The notes beneath the pieces were generated by a model that was not told where the DNA came from, searched no databases, and saw only the letters and a list, made by a program, of their open reading frames with translations. DNA of 64,000 nt from Blastocatellia bacterium. Its GTDB lineage: Bacteria > Acidobacteriota > Blastocatellia > RBC074. The position numbers were made by a program, and so were the translations under genes. Each line of letters begins with the position of its first letter. Within the stretch, counting starts at the first letter, position 1. The stretch lies in the NCBI GenBank assembly GCA_044221525.1, contig JBGAPB010000001.1:1892-65891 (forward strand). The letters are read 5' to 3'. Positions 50,503 to 62,281 of this stretch are shown in pieces.

Positions 50503-51825
50503 TTAAACGACCTTGTAATCGCCTTCGCGTGGGTTGGCGGGTTCGGAAATTTTCTTGCGAGGGCGCAAATTCAACCGGCGGCCTGTGATCAGTCGAGCGC
50601 CGCGTTGGTAAGTAAAGTACGACCAAGCCCAATTGAACAGCACCGCGAATCGGTTGCGGAATCCAATCAAGAAAAAAATGTGCAAACCCAGCCAAAACAG
50701 CCAGGCTGGAAATCCTGATAGTTTCAGCTTGCCTACGTGAGCGATAGCGGCCTTGCGGCCAATGGTGGCCATCGTTCCTTTGTCCGTGTAATGAAAATCT
50801 TCGCGCGGCTGACCGGCCAAATCTTTGTTTATATTGCGAGCGACGCATTCGCCCATTTGCATAGCAACCGGGCTGACGCCGGGCAGTGGCTTTTCATCCT
50901 GAATGAACAAAGTCATATCGCCGATGGCGAAAACGTTGCTGTGGCCGGGAATGCTCAAATCTTTGGTGACGACAATGCGACCGGCTCGGTCGGTTTCAAC
51001 TCCCAGCGATTGAGTCAACGCTGTTGCTCGAACGCCAGCCCCCCAAATTACCGTAGCCGCGTTGATCTTTTCCGCATCCAGGCCTTTGGGCAGATAAACG
51101 CCGGTCTCGTCAATGTTTGTAACTTGAGCGCCAGTGCGGACTTTGACTCCAAGCGCAGTCAATTGCCTCAGCGCGCTGTCTGAAAGGTCGGGCGTGAAAC
51201 TGGCCAGGATTTTTTCGCCACCTTCGAGCAATAAAATCTCTGCGGATTCGGGGTGGATAGTTCGAAAATCTCTCGCCAAAACGTAACGAGCCAGTTCGGC
51301 AATCGAACCTGCCAGTTCGACTCCAGTCGGGCCTCCGCCGACTACGACAAAAGTCAACAACTCGCGGCGGCGCTGCGGATCGGTTTCTTTTTCGGCGGCT
51401 TCAAAAGCCATCAGGACTCGGCGGCGAATTTCCACCGCATCGTCCAAATCCTTTAGACCTGGAGCAAACTGTTCCCATTCGTCGTGGCCGAAATAGCTGG
51501 TGCGCCCGCCGGTCGCCAGCAACAGATAATCGTAACTCAGTCGCTGTTCTCCCAAAACGACTTCGTGATTGGCGAAATCAACTCCGGTGGCTTCGGCCAG
51601 CAGCACCGTGACGTTTTTCTGGCTGCGAAGAATTGATCGAATCGGTTCGGCAATGTCGGCTGGCGACAAACCGGCCATCGCTACCTGATAAAGCAACGGC
51701 TGGAATAGGTGATGGTTCGTGCGGTCAATAACAGTGATGCGAACCGGCGCGCGTTTCAGAGCTTGCGCCGCCGTCAGTCCGCCGAACCCGGCTCCGATGA
51801 TGACAAGGTGTGGGACAGTTGGCAT
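50503..51825 (-). CDS. ndh: Type II NADH:quinone oxidoreductase (NDH-2)
   Basis: VIIGAGFGGL FAD motif; second GG motif; start taken at MPTVPHLVIIG (ORF track extends to 51870). Confidence 0.8.
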   Translation of the reverse strand: MPTVPHLVIIGAGFGGLTAAQALKRAPVRITVIDRTNHHLFQPLLYQVAMAGLSPADIAEPIRSILRSQKNVTVLLAEATGVDFANHEVVLGEQRLSYDYLLLATGGRTSYFGHDEWEQFAPGLKDLDDAVEIRRRVLMAFEAAEKETDPQRRRELLTFVVVGGGPTGVELAGSIAELARYVLARDFRTIHPESAEILLLEGGEKILASFTPDLSDSALRQLTALGVKVRTGAQVTNIDETGVYLPKGLDAEKINAATVIWGAGVRATALTQSLGVETDRAGRIVVTKDLSIPGHSNVFAIGDMTLFIQDEKPLPGVSPVAMQMGECVARNINKDLAGQPREDFHYTDKGTMATIGRKAAIAHVGKLKLSGFPAWLFWLGLHIFFLIGFRNRFAVLFNWAWSYFTYQRGARLITGRRLNLRPRKKISEPANPREGDYKVV

Positions 51826-51832
51826 TAGTGGT

Positions 51833-52159
51833 CTAGGTTGCGGCAGTTGCGGCAGTTGCAGCAGCGGCATCGCGCATGCGTTTTTCCTGAGCCGTCAAAA
51901 CCTGGCTTCCAGTTGGAGTGGCGATGGAGATTAATCCCAATCCCAACCCCTTCAAATTGTTGTGCCAGAGCGGTTCGCCTGTCCTGGTGTCCAGGCAGAA
52001 GATTTCGCCTTTGGTCGTGGCGTAAAGCTGATTGCCGTCCAACACAACGTTGACGAAATCGCCGCCTTTCAACGTCGTTCGCCAGAGTTCTTCGCCGGTT
52101 GCGCGATTGAGCGCAATGACGGCTCCTTTGATTCCAAGATAAATTGCATTCAAAGCCAT
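51833..52159 (-). CDS. Small PQQ-like β-propeller-repeat protein
   Basis: AAGGAGA SD; LWRTTL…LYATTKGEIFCLDTRTGEPLW repeat pattern. Confidence 0.5.
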   Translation of the reverse strand: MALNAIYLGIKGAVIALNRATGEELWRTTLKGGDFVNVVLDGNQLYATTKGEIFCLDTRTGEPLWHNNLKGLGLGLISIATPTGSQVLTAQEKRMRDAAAATAATAAT

Positions 52160-52172
52160 TACGAATTTCTCC

Positions 52173-53444
52173 TTAGCTTAGTACTCGTAACAAAACGCCG
52201 ATTTGTTTAGTTGTTGGATGCGCGGTGATTTCTTTCAGCGCGGCTTGAAGCTGTTTTTCCTTCACTCGATGAGTCAGCAAAACGATGGTTGCCGTGCCGT
52301 CTTCGGTCACGCCACGCTGCGTGAAGCTGTGCAAACTGACTCCGTGATTGCCGAATGCCAGACCTAAGTGGCCGATGACTCCGGGCGAATCGTGGGTTTC
52401 CAGCCGTATGTAATAGCCGTTTTCGGATTCTTCAATCGGCATGACCTGACTGACTTCGGAACTGATTGGCAGTTGAAAGTACCGCGCAAAGTCTGGCAGT
52501 TTGACTGCGCTGGCGATGTTGATGACATCGCCCACGACGGCGCTGGCGGTTGGGTAACGCCCGGCTCCTGGCCCCATCAGCATGATTTCGCCTACGGCGC
52601 TGCCACTTATAAAGATGGCGTTGTTGACACCGTCAACTCCGGCCAGCGGATGGCCACGGGGGACCAGCATCGGATGAACGCGAACATCCAGCGCGTCATT
52701 TTCTCCGCGCTGAGCCAGTCCGATCATCTTGATGCGGTAACCGAACTCGCGCGCCAGCTTGATGTCCAAATCGGTGATTTCGGTGATGCCTTGCCGATAG
52801 ACTTTATCCACTTCTATGGGAGCCTGAAACGCCAGCGAAGATAGAATTGTGATTTTGTAAACCACATCGCGGCCTTCTATGTCGTCGCCGGGGTCGGCTT
52901 CGGCAAAGCCTGCGGCCTGAGCTTCAGCCAGCGCGTCGGCAAAAGATTTCTGCTCGCGCTCCATTTTGGTCAGGATGTAATTGGTTGTGCCGTTGACTAT
53001 TCCGGCGACTCGCGAAACTTTGTTGGCCTGCAATCCGCGCTGCAAGGTCGAAATCAGTGGGATGCCTCCGCCGACTGCGGCTTCAAAAAAGATCGTCACG
53101 TTGTGCTGATTGGCCAGGGCGAACAGCTCCGGGCCGTGTTTGGCTATCAGTTCCTTGTTGGCGGTGACGATGTGTTTGCCGGTGGTGATGGCGCGTTTGA
53201 CGACTTCGTAAGCCGGATCAATTCCGCCCGCGACTTCGACCAGGATTTCAATGCCTGGATCGTCTGCCAGCTTGAACGGGTCTTCATTGATCTCGAACTG
53301 CGAAAAATCGAAGTCTCTTGTTTTGCCGCGGTCACGCACCGAAATGGAGCGAATCTCGAATTGCGGGTTGTCACGCAACAGAGCGACTACGCCTGTGCCG
53401 ACAGTTCCCAAACCAAAAATGCCAAGGGTTGTTTTAGTACTCAT
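52173..53444 (-). CDS. hom: Homoserine dehydrogenase with C-terminal ACT domain
   Basis: LGIFGLGTVGTG Rossmann motif; ACT-like C-terminus; start set at MSTKTT. Confidence 0.85.
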   Translation of the reverse strand: MSTKTTLGIFGLGTVGTGVVALLRDNPQFEIRSISVRDRGKTRDFDFSQFEINEDPFKLADDPGIEILVEVAGGIDPAYEVVKRAITTGKHIVTANKELIAKHGPELFALANQHNVTIFFEAAVGGGIPLISTLQRGLQANKVSRVAGIVNGTTNYILTKMEREQKSFADALAEAQAAGFAEADPGDDIEGRDVVYKITILSSLAFQAPIEVDKVYRQGITEITDLDIKLAREFGYRIKMIGLAQRGENDALDVRVHPMLVPRGHPLAGVDGVNNAIFISGSAVGEIMLMGPGAGRYPTASAVVGDVINIASAVKLPDFARYFQLPISSEVSQVMPIEESENGYYIRLETHDSPGVIGHLGLAFGNHGVSLHSFTQRGVTEDGTATIVLLTHRVKEKQLQAALKEITAHPTTKQIGVLLRVLS

Positions 53445-53663
53445 AAGATCGGACTTCTGTTGATTCAAAGTGGTGAGAATGAGGGCGAAGCTTAACTGCC
53501 GATTTCGGCGCATGCAAACCGGTGATTCGACTGCAAGCTGTTCAGCCGCCGTCCGTTCAGCCACTGCTGTCCGAGGCGGTCTAACTGAAGCTATTATTTG
53601 ACACTTTTAGCTGAGGTCAGCTACTTTGGGTCAAAATCTAAGTGGTATTTTCAGGGGAAAACA

Positions 53664-54248
53664 ATGAGGACAATTTTTCAAGATACGGAAGCCAACGCTC
53701 GTGCAGAAGAGGTTGGAAAAAACACCGGGAACAAATATCTGCTGGTGGTTTTGTGGGGAGTGACGATAGCGTTTTTGGTCGGAACCTGGGGCGTTTATCG
53801 TTGGGCTAACTCCCGCCCGGCTCCTTTGCCGCCACCGCCACCGGTATCGCTTCAGGATTTGAAGCAGGTTGCCAAAGTTTATACAGAGTTCAACGGCTTT
53901 GTCCGCGAAGGCAAATGGACGGAGGCTGAAGCGATGATTTCAACCGCCGCTCGCCAGAAATTGACGACTGAAAATAAAACTCTGCGCGATGTTCTGTTCG
54001 GTAAATTCAAAGACCTCAAGCTGGTACAAACCGACGGCACGCCTGATGTTGACCGCTCCGATCCGAATGTATTCAAACAAAGCTTCGTTTACGCTTTCAC
54101 CGACGAACAGGTCGCCAAATCCGAAAGCAAAATTGTTACGCTGTCCCTGATTATCGAAAACGGCAAAATTGTCCTCAGCAATTGGGAGGAAGATAAGCCC
54201 GAAGAAGCGAAACCGGAAGACAAGAAAGCAGACAGCAAAAAAGCCTGA
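53664..54248 (+). CDS. Hypothetical single-pass membrane protein
   Basis: TM helix [19 protein letters not shown]; K/E-rich tail. Confidence 0.35.
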   Translation: MRTIFQDTEANARAEEVGKNTGNKYLLVVLWGVTIAFLVGTWGVYRWANSRPAPLPPPPPVSLQDLKQVAKVYTEFNGFVREGKWTEAEAMISTAARQKLTTENKTLRDVLFGKFKDLKLVQTDGTPDVDRSDPNVFKQSFVYAFTDEQVAKSESKIVTLSLIIENGKIVLSNWEEDKPEEAKPEDKKADSKKA

Positions 54249-54261
54249 CAAGGAGTCATTT

Positions 54262-54780
54262 ATGCTGAAAGTCGTTATTGCATTGGGAATGTGTTTGGCT
54301 TTTGTAGCCGCCTATTCAGCGCAATCGCCTAAACCTGCCAAACAAGAAAAACAGAAAACCGAGCAGGGCAAGCCGGAGAAAAAGGCCAGGGAGAAAGTAG
54401 TGAAGACCGAAGAAGAATGGAAGAAGGAGTTGACGCCGATACAGTTTTACGTTGCGCGTCAAAAAGGAACCGAGCGAGCTTTCACCGGAGAGTATTGGGA
54501 CAACCACGAAGACGGCGTATACGTTTGCGTTGCCTGCGGGCAGGAGCTGTTCAGTTCAAAACACAAATTTGAATCAGGAACAGGTTGGCCAAGTTACTGG
54601 CAACCGATTGAGAAGGCCAATGTTGCCACTCACGAAGATAACAGTTTTGGCATGCAACGAGTCGAAGTCCTGTGCAGCCGTTGCGATTCCCATCTGGGAC
54701 ATATCTTCGACGATGGACCTAAGCCGACCGGTTTGCGTTATTGCATCAATTCAGCTTCGCTGAAGTTCGTCAAAAAATAA
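54262..54780 (+). CDS. msrB: Peptide-methionine (R)-S-oxide reductase MsrB with signal peptide
   Basis: CxxC…CxxC zinc site plus RYCINSASL. Confidence 0.85.
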   Translation: MLKVVIALGMCLAFVAAYSAQSPKPAKQEKQKTEQGKPEKKAREKVVKTEEEWKKELTPIQFYVARQKGTERAFTGEYWDNHEDGVYVCVACGQELFSSKHKFESGTGWPSYWQPIEKANVATHEDNSFGMQRVEVLCSRCDSHLGHIFDDGPKPTGLRYCINSASLKFVKK

Positions 54781-54867
54781 CAACCGCCCTCAACGCCAGC
54801 CCGGTAAGATTAACGGCCAGACGTATAGCCAGTTCCAGCCCGGACCATAAGCGCCGAAAGAAAAATT

Positions 54868-55275
54868 ATGACCAATCGAGACATTGTTTACTGCGCCGGA
54901 GGCATTCTCTGGCGCGAAGCCAGGCAGCAAGTTTTGCTGGTAAAAAGCCGTGAAGACAATGCCTGGAAACTTCCCAAAGGTCACGTTGACGAAGGCGAGA
55001 ATTGGGAAGCCGCTGCTCAACGCGAAGTCAAAGAAGAAACCGGCTATGACACGGTGATCACAGACTTCGCCGGTTTCAGAAAATACCCTGTCAAAAAACG
55101 CCTGAAAGTTGTGCTGTACTGGCATATGGAACCGGTCGGCGATCAGCAATTCCAGCCATCGGATGAAATCGAATGTTGCGAATGGCTGGCGGTGGGTGAT
55201 GCCGTAAATCGGCTGACTTTCATGAACGACAAGCAACTTTTACTGAGCTTCACAGAAGATGGCATCCGTTCCTAA
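54868..55275 (+). CDS. NUDIX hydrolase
   Basis: [22 protein letters not shown] Nudix box. Confidence 0.8.
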   Translation: MTNRDIVYCAGGILWREARQQVLLVKSREDNAWKLPKGHVDEGENWEAAAQREVKEETGYDTVITDFAGFRKYPVKKRLKVVLYWHMEPVGDQQFQPSDEIECCEWLAVGDAVNRLTFMNDKQLLLSFTEDGIRS

Positions 55276-56194
55276 CGATAACCCGCAATTGATGGTAGAA
55301 ATCGCCGGAGTGCGTTTCAACAACCCTGTTTGGACTGCCAGCGGAACCTGCGGTTACGGTCTGGACATGGCCGAACTGATTGACCTAAATCGGCTGGGCG
55401 GCATTTGCACAAAAGGTTTGTCGGCAAAGCCTATGCGCGGCAATGCTCCGTGGCGAATTGTCGAAACTCACGGCGGAATGTTGAACGCCATCGGTTTGCA
55501 GAACATAGGCGCGCGCGCTTTTGTTGAAGACAAGCTGCCGCAATTGCGAAGTTATGACACGAGAATTGTGCCTAACGTTTTTGGTTACACGATTGACGAA
55601 TACATCGAAGCCATCAAAATCCTGGAAGACGGCGAAGGCATTCATGCTTACGAACTGAACATTTCCTGTCCGAACGTCAAAGCCGGCGGAGAAAGTTTTG
55701 CCAACGACCCTCGGCAGGCTGCCGCTGTTACTGCCGCAGTTAAAGGCGCTGCCAGCCGCCCTGTGATTGTCAAAATGTCGCCGAACGTCACTGACGTGGC
55801 CGCTGTTGCCGTCGCAGTTGAATCCGCCGGAGCCGATGCTTTGTCGCTTATAAACACTGCCGTTGGGATGGCGATTGACATCAACACTCGACGGCCACGT
55901 CTGGCGAACAAAACCGGCGGGCTGTCCGGCCCGGCGATTAAACCAATTGCGGTGCGTTGTGTGTTTCAAGCTTCGCGGGCTGTTAAAATCCCTTTGGTTG
56001 GAATTGGCGGAATCGCAACGACAGAAGACGCTCTGGAATTCATCATCGCCGGAGCTTCGGCGGTTCAAGTTGGCACTGCAAACTTTTACGATCCGTCGGC
56101 TTCGATGAAGATCGTGGATGGTTTGGCCGAATACTGTCAGCGAAACAATTTGAAGAGCATCAACGATCTGGTCGGCTCAGTGGTAGTGGATTGA
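55259..56194 (+). CDS. pyrD: Dihydroorotate dehydrogenase, class 1 catalytic subunit
   Basis: [13 protein letters not shown]…, TIM-barrel FMN motifs. Confidence 0.85.
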   Translation: MASVPNDNPQLMVEIAGVRFNNPVWTASGTCGYGLDMAELIDLNRLGGICTKGLSAKPMRGNAPWRIVETHGGMLNAIGLQNIGARAFVEDKLPQLRSYDTRIVPNVFGYTIDEYIEAIKILEDGEGIHAYELNISCPNVKAGGESFANDPRQAAAVTAAVKGAASRPVIVKMSPNVTDVAAVAVAVESAGADALSLINTAVGMAIDINTRRPRLANKTGGLSGPAIKPIAVRCVFQASRAVKIPLVGIGGIATTEDALEFIIAGASAVQVGTANFYDPSASMKIVDGLAEYCQRNNLKSINDLVGSVVVD

Positions 56195-56218
56195 GACGAC
56201 GCAGCGTTGGGAGGCGCA

Positions 56219-57112
56219 ATGAAACTCCTGGCCTTTTCTCTGTTATGTTTTCTGACCTGGTTGCCGCTTGGCGGAAACTCGAACGTCGTTGTGATTGCTG
56301 CACAACCCGTCAAACTTTCGTTGAGCTTGGAACCGGCGCAACCCATCAATGGTTCGCCAATTCTGTTTCGTATCTGGCCTGGTCAGCCGCTGAAATCGCT
56401 CAGTGGAACGTGGCTGGGGCATAGGGTGTTATTTGAATTCGATCAAGCAGGCAAAGTCTGGTGTGGCTTTGCGGGGGCTGAGCTTGGTGCTTCTGCCGGA
56501 GCGCATCCGCTTCGACTGGAATATGTTTCGGCCAACGGCGCGCGCTCAATCTCCATTCAAAATGTCACGGTTGGTCTGGGAACTTACCCAAGCAGCACTC
56601 TGACTGTGGACGACAAGTTTTTGAAGCCTGACGCCGAAACTCAAGTTCGGATCAGGCAAGAGCGCGAGCTAAAGCGCCAGGTCTTTCGTCGGTTTGGCAG
56701 CAGTCGCCTGTGGAAAGGCGGTTTCGATGCTCCGGTTGATAACATCGTCACTGGATTATTTGGCGTGCGAAGGATTTTCAACGGCAAACACCGCAGCACG
56801 CATCAAGGTTTGGATTATCGCGCCGCGCTTGGAACTCCAGTCAAAGCTATGAACTCCGGCGAAGTGATTCTGGCGCGCCAGATGTTTTACGAAGGCGGCC
56901 TGGTTGTGATTGATCACGGGCACGGTTTGCTGACTTTGTATTTGCACCTGTCCGAGTTCAAAACCAAAGAAGGCAGCCGGGTTGCCAAAGGGCAAGTCAT
57001 TGGTTTGAGCGGCGCAACCGGCAGGGTGACTTCCGAACATTTGCACGTCGCGGTTCGTTGGCAAGGTGAATATCTTGACCCTGCGACTCTGTTGACCATG
57101 AACTTACCTTGA
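56219..57112 (+). CDS. M23-family metallopeptidase
   Basis: HQGLDY…HLH zinc motifs; signal peptide. Confidence 0.8.
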   Translation: MKLLAFSLLCFLTWLPLGGNSNVVVIAAQPVKLSLSLEPAQPINGSPILFRIWPGQPLKSLSGTWLGHRVLFEFDQAGKVWCGFAGAELGASAGAHPLRLEYVSANGARSISIQNVTVGLGTYPSSTLTVDDKFLKPDAETQVRIRQERELKRQVFRRFGSSRLWKGGFDAPVDNIVTGLFGVRRIFNGKHRSTHQGLDYRAALGTPVKAMNSGEVILARQMFYEGGLVVIDHGHGLLTLYLHLSEFKTKEGSRVAKGQVIGLSGATGRVTSEHLHVAVRWQGEYLDPATLLTMNLP

Positions 57113-57133
57113 GTGAATAGGAGAACCTTTAGT

Positions 57134-57907
57134 TTGCAAATCCGCAACCCGCAATCCGTAATCCGCAATCCTATAGTTGTAGCTTTAGACGTTGATACGG
57201 CTGAACAGGCTTTGTCGTTGGTCGAGCGTTTGCGCGGCAAAGTTGGGATGTTCAAGGTCGGCAAGCAGCTTTTCACTGCCACCGGGCCAGACATTGTTCG
57301 CCGGATCATAGGTATGGGTGAACAGGTTTTTCTCGATCTGAAATTCCACGACATTCCGAACACAGTGGCGAAGGCTGGGATCGAAGCAGCCCGTTTGGGA
57401 GTCAGTATCTTCAACGTTCACGCGATGGGCGGATCGAAGATGATGAGTTCTGTCGCCGAAGCCGTGAACGAAACCGTCGAACGCGAGCGAATCGCTCGCC
57501 CGCTGATTCTGGGCGTGACAGTGTTGACCAGCCACACTCAGGAATCGTTGATTGAAATCGGCATTGAACGAACGCTGGAAGATCAGGTTGTCGCATTGGC
57601 TGGGTTGTGTGAAAAATCCGGCATTGACGGAGTCGTTGCTTCGCCTCAGGAGATTGTGCCAATCAGAAAAGCAGTGGATAATCCCGGCTTCGTGATTTTG
57701 ACGCCGGGCGTTAGACCCGCAGGCGCGGCGCTGAATGACCAAAGCCGTGTCATGACTCCCGGCGAAGCAATTTCAGCCGGAGCAAATTTTTTAGTCGTTG
57801 GACGCCCCATAACTGCCGCAGATGACCCAGCGATGGCTGCTCAAAAAATTCTGGAAGAAATTGAACAGGCATCCGATAAACCCTCGCCCAAAGATTTTCA
57901 GCAGTAA
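57134..57907 (+). CDS. pyrF: Orotidine-5'-phosphate decarboxylase
   Basis: VVALDV…FKVG…DLKFHDIPNT; TTG at 57134 after AGGAG (GTG at 57113 is also possible). Confidence 0.8.
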   Translation: MQIRNPQSVIRNPIVVALDVDTAEQALSLVERLRGKVGMFKVGKQLFTATGPDIVRRIIGMGEQVFLDLKFHDIPNTVAKAGIEAARLGVSIFNVHAMGGSKMMSSVAEAVNETVERERIARPLILGVTVLTSHTQESLIEIGIERTLEDQVVALAGLCEKSGIDGVVASPQEIVPIRKAVDNPGFVILTPGVRPAGAALNDQSRVMTPGEAISAGANFLVVGRPITAADDPAMAAQKILEEIEQASDKPSPKDFQQ

Positions 57908-57922
57908 GGCGGAATAATTTTA

Positions 57923-59647
57923 ATGTCGTTTTATAGGTTAGCTCGCAAAATAGTATTTGGTTTAACTGCCGTCGCCGCGATTAGTTATGGCTGGACGCTT
58001 TATGCTTACCAACAGCAAGGTGGTCTGACTCCGCCTCCAAAACCCTCCGAATCCAAAACTTCTTCGACTTCTTCAACTTCTTCAACTTCTTCATCGGGCA
58101 CAACTGGTGCCGCGACAGCTGCCAATGGCTTGCCCGAATACGATGGTTCAACGCTCAGAGTTGGCGAACGGTTGACCTACAACGTTACGTTTTCAGAGTT
58201 TGCTGTCGCAGGACGAATTGAGATGGAAGTTGTCGAACAAGGCAACTTCTTCGGTCAGGATGGTTACCAGATCAGAACCAAGGCCGAGTCTGTCGGGCAG
58301 GTTCGCTCGTTGTTTGGCGACATTGACCATCAATACACCGCTTATGTTAATCCCCGAACCGCAATTCCTTACCGATTGGTGCAATCTATTCGGCAGGGAA
58401 AAACATCAACCGAAGACACCATAGTTTTTGATCAAGCCAAACAACAGGCGACTTTTTCCGACGACAGTTCGGTTGGAATTTCACCTGGAACATTCGACCT
58501 GACTTCGCTGATTTATGCGATGCGTTTGCAGGGAGTGCCGGAAAACGGCAAACGAAAATTCACGGTGCTTTTGGACAAAGAGTTGGTTGAATTTGAAGCA
58601 GTCAGTAAAGGTCGTGAACAACTGGTTACTCAGACAGGGAATTACACGGCCATTCAGGTCAAACTTTATCCGCAGAATAAAAAATATAAAAAGTATCGCG
58701 GCTACGTCTGGTTTTCAGATGACGCCCAACGATTGCCTTTGGCGGTAAAAGCAACACTGTCGTTTGGCGAACTGCGCGCTGACCTGACCAATGCTTCGAT
58801 TGCCGTTCGCGACGCGACTTCGCTGGCCAAAGTAAAAGAGTGGATTGATGAATCCGGCAACAACAGATCGCCGAGCGGCGGGAATTCGTCTGGCGCACCT
58901 TCGGGTAACAATGGCAATAAAAACAGCATAGTGGTTGTTGATACGCCGGGTTCCAAATCAAACAAAGGCGCTGAACCTTCGCCCAATCTGCCATTCAGCG
59001 TTGGAGAAAGGTTGAATTACGAAGTGTCGTGGGGGCAGTTTTCCGCAGTCGGTAAGGTCAGTTTTGAAGTCCGACAGCAGGGAATGCTGGGCGCAAACCG
59101 CGTCTTTGAATTTTACGGCGAAGCTTCGACATTGGGCGCGGCCAGGTCTTTGATCAGTGTCAACGATCAAGCAAATAGCTTTGTCATGGTTGATTCGTTG
59201 TTGCCTGTGAAAACCGATGTGCGATTGCGCGAAGGCCGTCGCACCAAACTTACTTCGGCGACTTATGACTGGTCGAAAAAGTCCGTAACTTTATCCAGCG
59301 GAACCAGCGTTCAACTTCAACCCGGCACGCTTGACCTGCTTACGCTGTTTTACGTCATCCGCGCTGCTGATTTGAAACCCGGCAAGACTCACAGCTTTCC
59401 ATTTCTGGATGCCAATCACCGAATGCAGTTTGTAAACGTGAACGTCATTAAACAGGAAAGCATTGGCGGGCCGATGGGAACGCGCGAAGCTCTGCAACTG
59501 GACATTGTGACGCCAGCGCCGACGCCAATTTTGATGGCTCAGGTTTGGGTTTCGAATGATGCAAAACGTCTGCCGCTTTATTTCGCCACGCGAACCAGAT
59601 TCGGCGAACTGCGGTTCCAGATGACCAGCGCGTCCAACACAAAATAA
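57923..59647 (+). CDS. Tandem DUF3108-like domain protein with Ser/Thr-rich linker
   Basis: Two repeats of …VGERLTYNV…FGELRAD…-type modules. Confidence 0.45.
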   Translation: MSFYRLARKIVFGLTAVAAISYGWTLYAYQQQGGLTPPPKPSESKTSSTSSTSSTSSSGTTGAATAANGLPEYDGSTLRVGERLTYNVTFSEFAVAGRIEMEVVEQGNFFGQDGYQIRTKAESVGQVRSLFGDIDHQYTAYVNPRTAIPYRLVQSIRQGKTSTEDTIVFDQAKQQATFSDDSSVGISPGTFDLTSLIYAMRLQGVPENGKRKFTVLLDKELVEFEAVSKGREQLVTQTGNYTAIQVKLYPQNKKYKKYRGYVWFSDDAQRLPLAVKATLSFGELRADLTNASIAVRDATSLAKVKEWIDESGNNRSPSGGNSSGAPSGNNGNKNSIVVVDTPGSKSNKGAEPSPNLPFSVGERLNYEVSWGQFSAVGKVSFEVRQQGMLGANRVFEFYGEASTLGAARSLISVNDQANSFVMVDSLLPVKTDVRLREGRRTKLTSATYDWSKKSVTLSSGTSVQLQPGTLDLLTLFYVIRAADLKPGKTHSFPFLDANHRMQFVNVNVIKQESIGGPMGTREALQLDIVTPAPTPILMAQVWVSNDAKRLPLYFATRTRFGELRFQMTSASNTK

Positions 59648-59726
59648 ATCGGGTCAACAGCAAATAGATGTGGGCAGAAAGAATTTATAGTTCTTTCTGC
59701 CCGCATCTTCTTTGCTAGCTTTTGCT

Positions 59727-61202
59727 TTATCGCGGCCTGGCAATAAGCAAACTTGAAAGTGTTTCTTGCTGGCGATCGCTGAGCTTGCCTGCTGCCGCCA
59801 ATCGTGCGCGGCCATTCAATTCAATCCGCAGCCCGTAATTTTTCACCCTTTCAGCCAGATCAATTTCCCGCGTGCCTTCTATGTCTTCCCGAATCAAACG
59901 AGCGAAATCGCCTTGCTTGCCGAGTTCTACCAACACTTCACGATTGCCAATTTCGCGGTCAGAGTTGGCATACAAAGCTCTCATCACATCTGCCAAATTC
60001 AGTTTCGAGCGGCTTTGCCAGCGCAGTTCCAGATCGTACAGCGCTGCGACCAGCATGCCTTTGCGATAAACCAGGTCATAACTTGCGGCGCTGGCGAATT
60101 TATCCGGCGAAGCCTCAATCAACGAAACCTGAGCGCGCATTGGGTTGAACATGTAAGCGTCGTATTCACTGTTGACCGCGTCCAGGTATTCGTTCAAATC
60201 AATCAGTCGCAATTCAGCCAAGGTCATCAACGCCACATATCGCGTAAAGCCTTCCCAAAACCAGTCGAAGTTTTCCCTGATGCGAAATGCGTTCGGCAGG
60301 TAAAAGTGAAACATCTCGTGCGCCAGATGGCGGCGGAAATGTTTCAGCGTTTGGTCTGAGTTGTTGTTCGTGTTCAGCATCAGCACGACGGTTCGGCCAA
60401 TGGTCACGGCGCTTGATCGCAACCCCGTCAGCGGTTGAGGGAATGGCATAATCGTCACCAGAAAATCGCCTTGCTCACGACTGCCGATCATAGCCGCCTG
60501 TTGCCGTGCGATGTCGGCGGCCAGCGGAAAAATATCCTGGTCGGAAAAATTCCACTCACCGGCAATGGCGACTCGCAGGTTCGTCTGGCCGATCTGGGTT
60601 GTTTGTTCTCTGAACCTGGCAAGAAAGAAAACCGCGTGCGCGCTGTCGGCAAAGTCAAAACCGCCATCGCGTTCAAGTTCAGTCGTCGCCAGTTGCCAAT
60701 CTTTCGGGGTGGAAATTTTCAATCGAGTTGGGTTGTTTGATTCGCAACCTTGCTCGCTTGAACAAACTCGCGGCAACAGGTCAGCCATCATTAAAACAGC
60801 GGAGTCAGTGCCAATGGTTGAGGTCAGCGCGAATTGAGACGGATCAAGCGCACGCGCCAGTCTCATCTCGTAACTGATTTTCACCGGGCCAGGTTTAGCT
60901 GAAATCAGGTACAACCCGTTGCCGCGAATTTCCACAGGCAGAGCTTCCCCGCTGGCCGTGGCGATTTTCAGCGAATGAACGCGCTCGCTCAGCCGATCAA
61001 CTCCGGCAAACCGGTCAACAAAGCTGATTGCCGTTTTGTCTTTGCCCGATATTTCAACCGAACAGGAAATCTCCAACGAATGATTGGGTTGTGAAAGACG
61101 GCTGATCTGGCAATTGATTGGCGTTGGTTGCGACGATTGCCCGTAAGCAGTGAAGCTGAAAAAGGCGAGCAGCGAAATGAACAACCGGAAGTTTATGTTC
61201 AC
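59727..61202 (-). CDS. Secreted HExxH zinc metallopeptidase (M61/M1-like)
   Basis: Signal peptide; LAHEMFHF. Confidence 0.5.
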   Translation of the reverse strand: MNINFRLFISLLAFFSFTAYGQSSQPTPINCQISRLSQPNHSLEISCSVEISGKDKTAISFVDRFAGVDRLSERVHSLKIATASGEALPVEIRGNGLYLISAKPGPVKISYEMRLARALDPSQFALTSTIGTDSAVLMMADLLPRVCSSEQGCESNNPTRLKISTPKDWQLATTELERDGGFDFADSAHAVFFLARFREQTTQIGQTNLRVAIAGEWNFSDQDIFPLAADIARQQAAMIGSREQGDFLVTIMPFPQPLTGLRSSAVTIGRTVVLMLNTNNNSDQTLKHFRRHLAHEMFHFYLPNAFRIRENFDWFWEGFTRYVALMTLAELRLIDLNEYLDAVNSEYDAYMFNPMRAQVSLIEASPDKFASAASYDLVYRKGMLVAALYDLELRWQSRSKLNLADVMRALYANSDREIGNREVLVELGKQGDFARLIREDIEGTREIDLAERVKNYGLRIELNGRARLAAAGKLSDRQQETLSSLLIARPR

Positions 61203-61978
61203 AGGTCTTCAAAATGCAGGTTGATTCGATACATTGTGTCAACGATCAACACGGCGATGGGCGGGTAAACCATGGCGACGAACAGTGAATCCTGCATTGT
61301 CCAGCCATCGTTTGGCTGAGTCGGCGAATCCGTCAGCACACCGATCAACATACCGGCAAGCAAGGAAAGCAAATATCCGCAAACTACAAAAGTCCAGGCG
61401 ACGCTGCGTTTGAATCGTTTGTCGTCTTTTTTGCGGCGGCGGGAAATTGAGATTCGTTCAGGAGTGTAAGTGTAATGGTCGAAATGCTCTTTCAGGCTTT
61501 TGAACAGGTGCCAGACGCCGACGGCAAACAAAACGATAATGGTGATTTTCCAAGCCAAGTGTCTGGGGTCGAAGATGGAAGGATTCATTGCCACAAAAAA
61601 CGTCGAAACGAAAAGCGTGACTGTCGTGTAAACGGCTTTGCCACGGGCGCGGACTTCTTCACGTTCGCGTTCCAGCCACTCATTGACAACCTGATTTGCG
61701 CGTTCCTGGTAATAAGCCTGACGAGCGGCTCTGTTTTCCTGAGCGTTGGCCTGGCGGGCGGAAGTTGTCTGAGTTCGCCCGGTGCGGTCATAAGAAAGGC
61801 GTCGTTCCGGGTCAATCAATACGTGATAAGCGTCGTTGATCTGAGCAAAACGGTTTGCCGCCGATGGATCGGAGTTCACGTCAGGATGATACTGGCGCGC
61901 CAATCGGCGGTAAGCGGATTTGATTTCAGTGTTTTTAGCCGTGCGGGTGATTCCCAGAACGGCATACAGATCAAGCAT
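61199..61978 (-). CDS. DnaJ (J-domain) membrane protein
   Basis: YAVLGI…YHPDVN J-domain; C-terminal TM segments. Confidence 0.75.
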   Translation of the reverse strand: MLDLYAVLGITRTAKNTEIKSAYRRLARQYHPDVNSDPSAANRFAQINDAYHVLIDPERRLSYDRTGRTQTTSARQANAQENRAARQAYYQERANQVVNEWLEREREEVRARGKAVYTTVTLFVSTFFVAMNPSIFDPRHLAWKITIIVLFAVGVWHLFKSLKEHFDHYTYTPERISISRRRKKDDKRFKRSVAWTFVVCGYLLSLLAGMLIGVLTDSPTQPNDGWTMQDSLFVAMVYPPIAVLIVDTMYRINLHFEDL

Positions 61979-62281
61979 CGTTTATCACTCAATGGAAAAC
62001 TCGTCGGTCAATTCGGCGGGGCCGCCGAATCGCAGCCGTATTTTACGTAGCCTTCACGCAGTTTCAAGCTAGATGTTCTTTAGCCTATATATTTTTATCA
62101 AACATTGCGCGGCGATTTACTCAACTTGTGCCCGATGCCTATAATTCGTCAGTCAATTCACGAAGCATCTTTCTCAAGCTGTCTTTTCAGATTTCAATGC
62201 AACTTTGGTTTTCGCCTTCGCGTACAGCCGAGCCGATTGTGACCCCCCACATAAACAGATTTTATTCACTGGGAGAAATTT

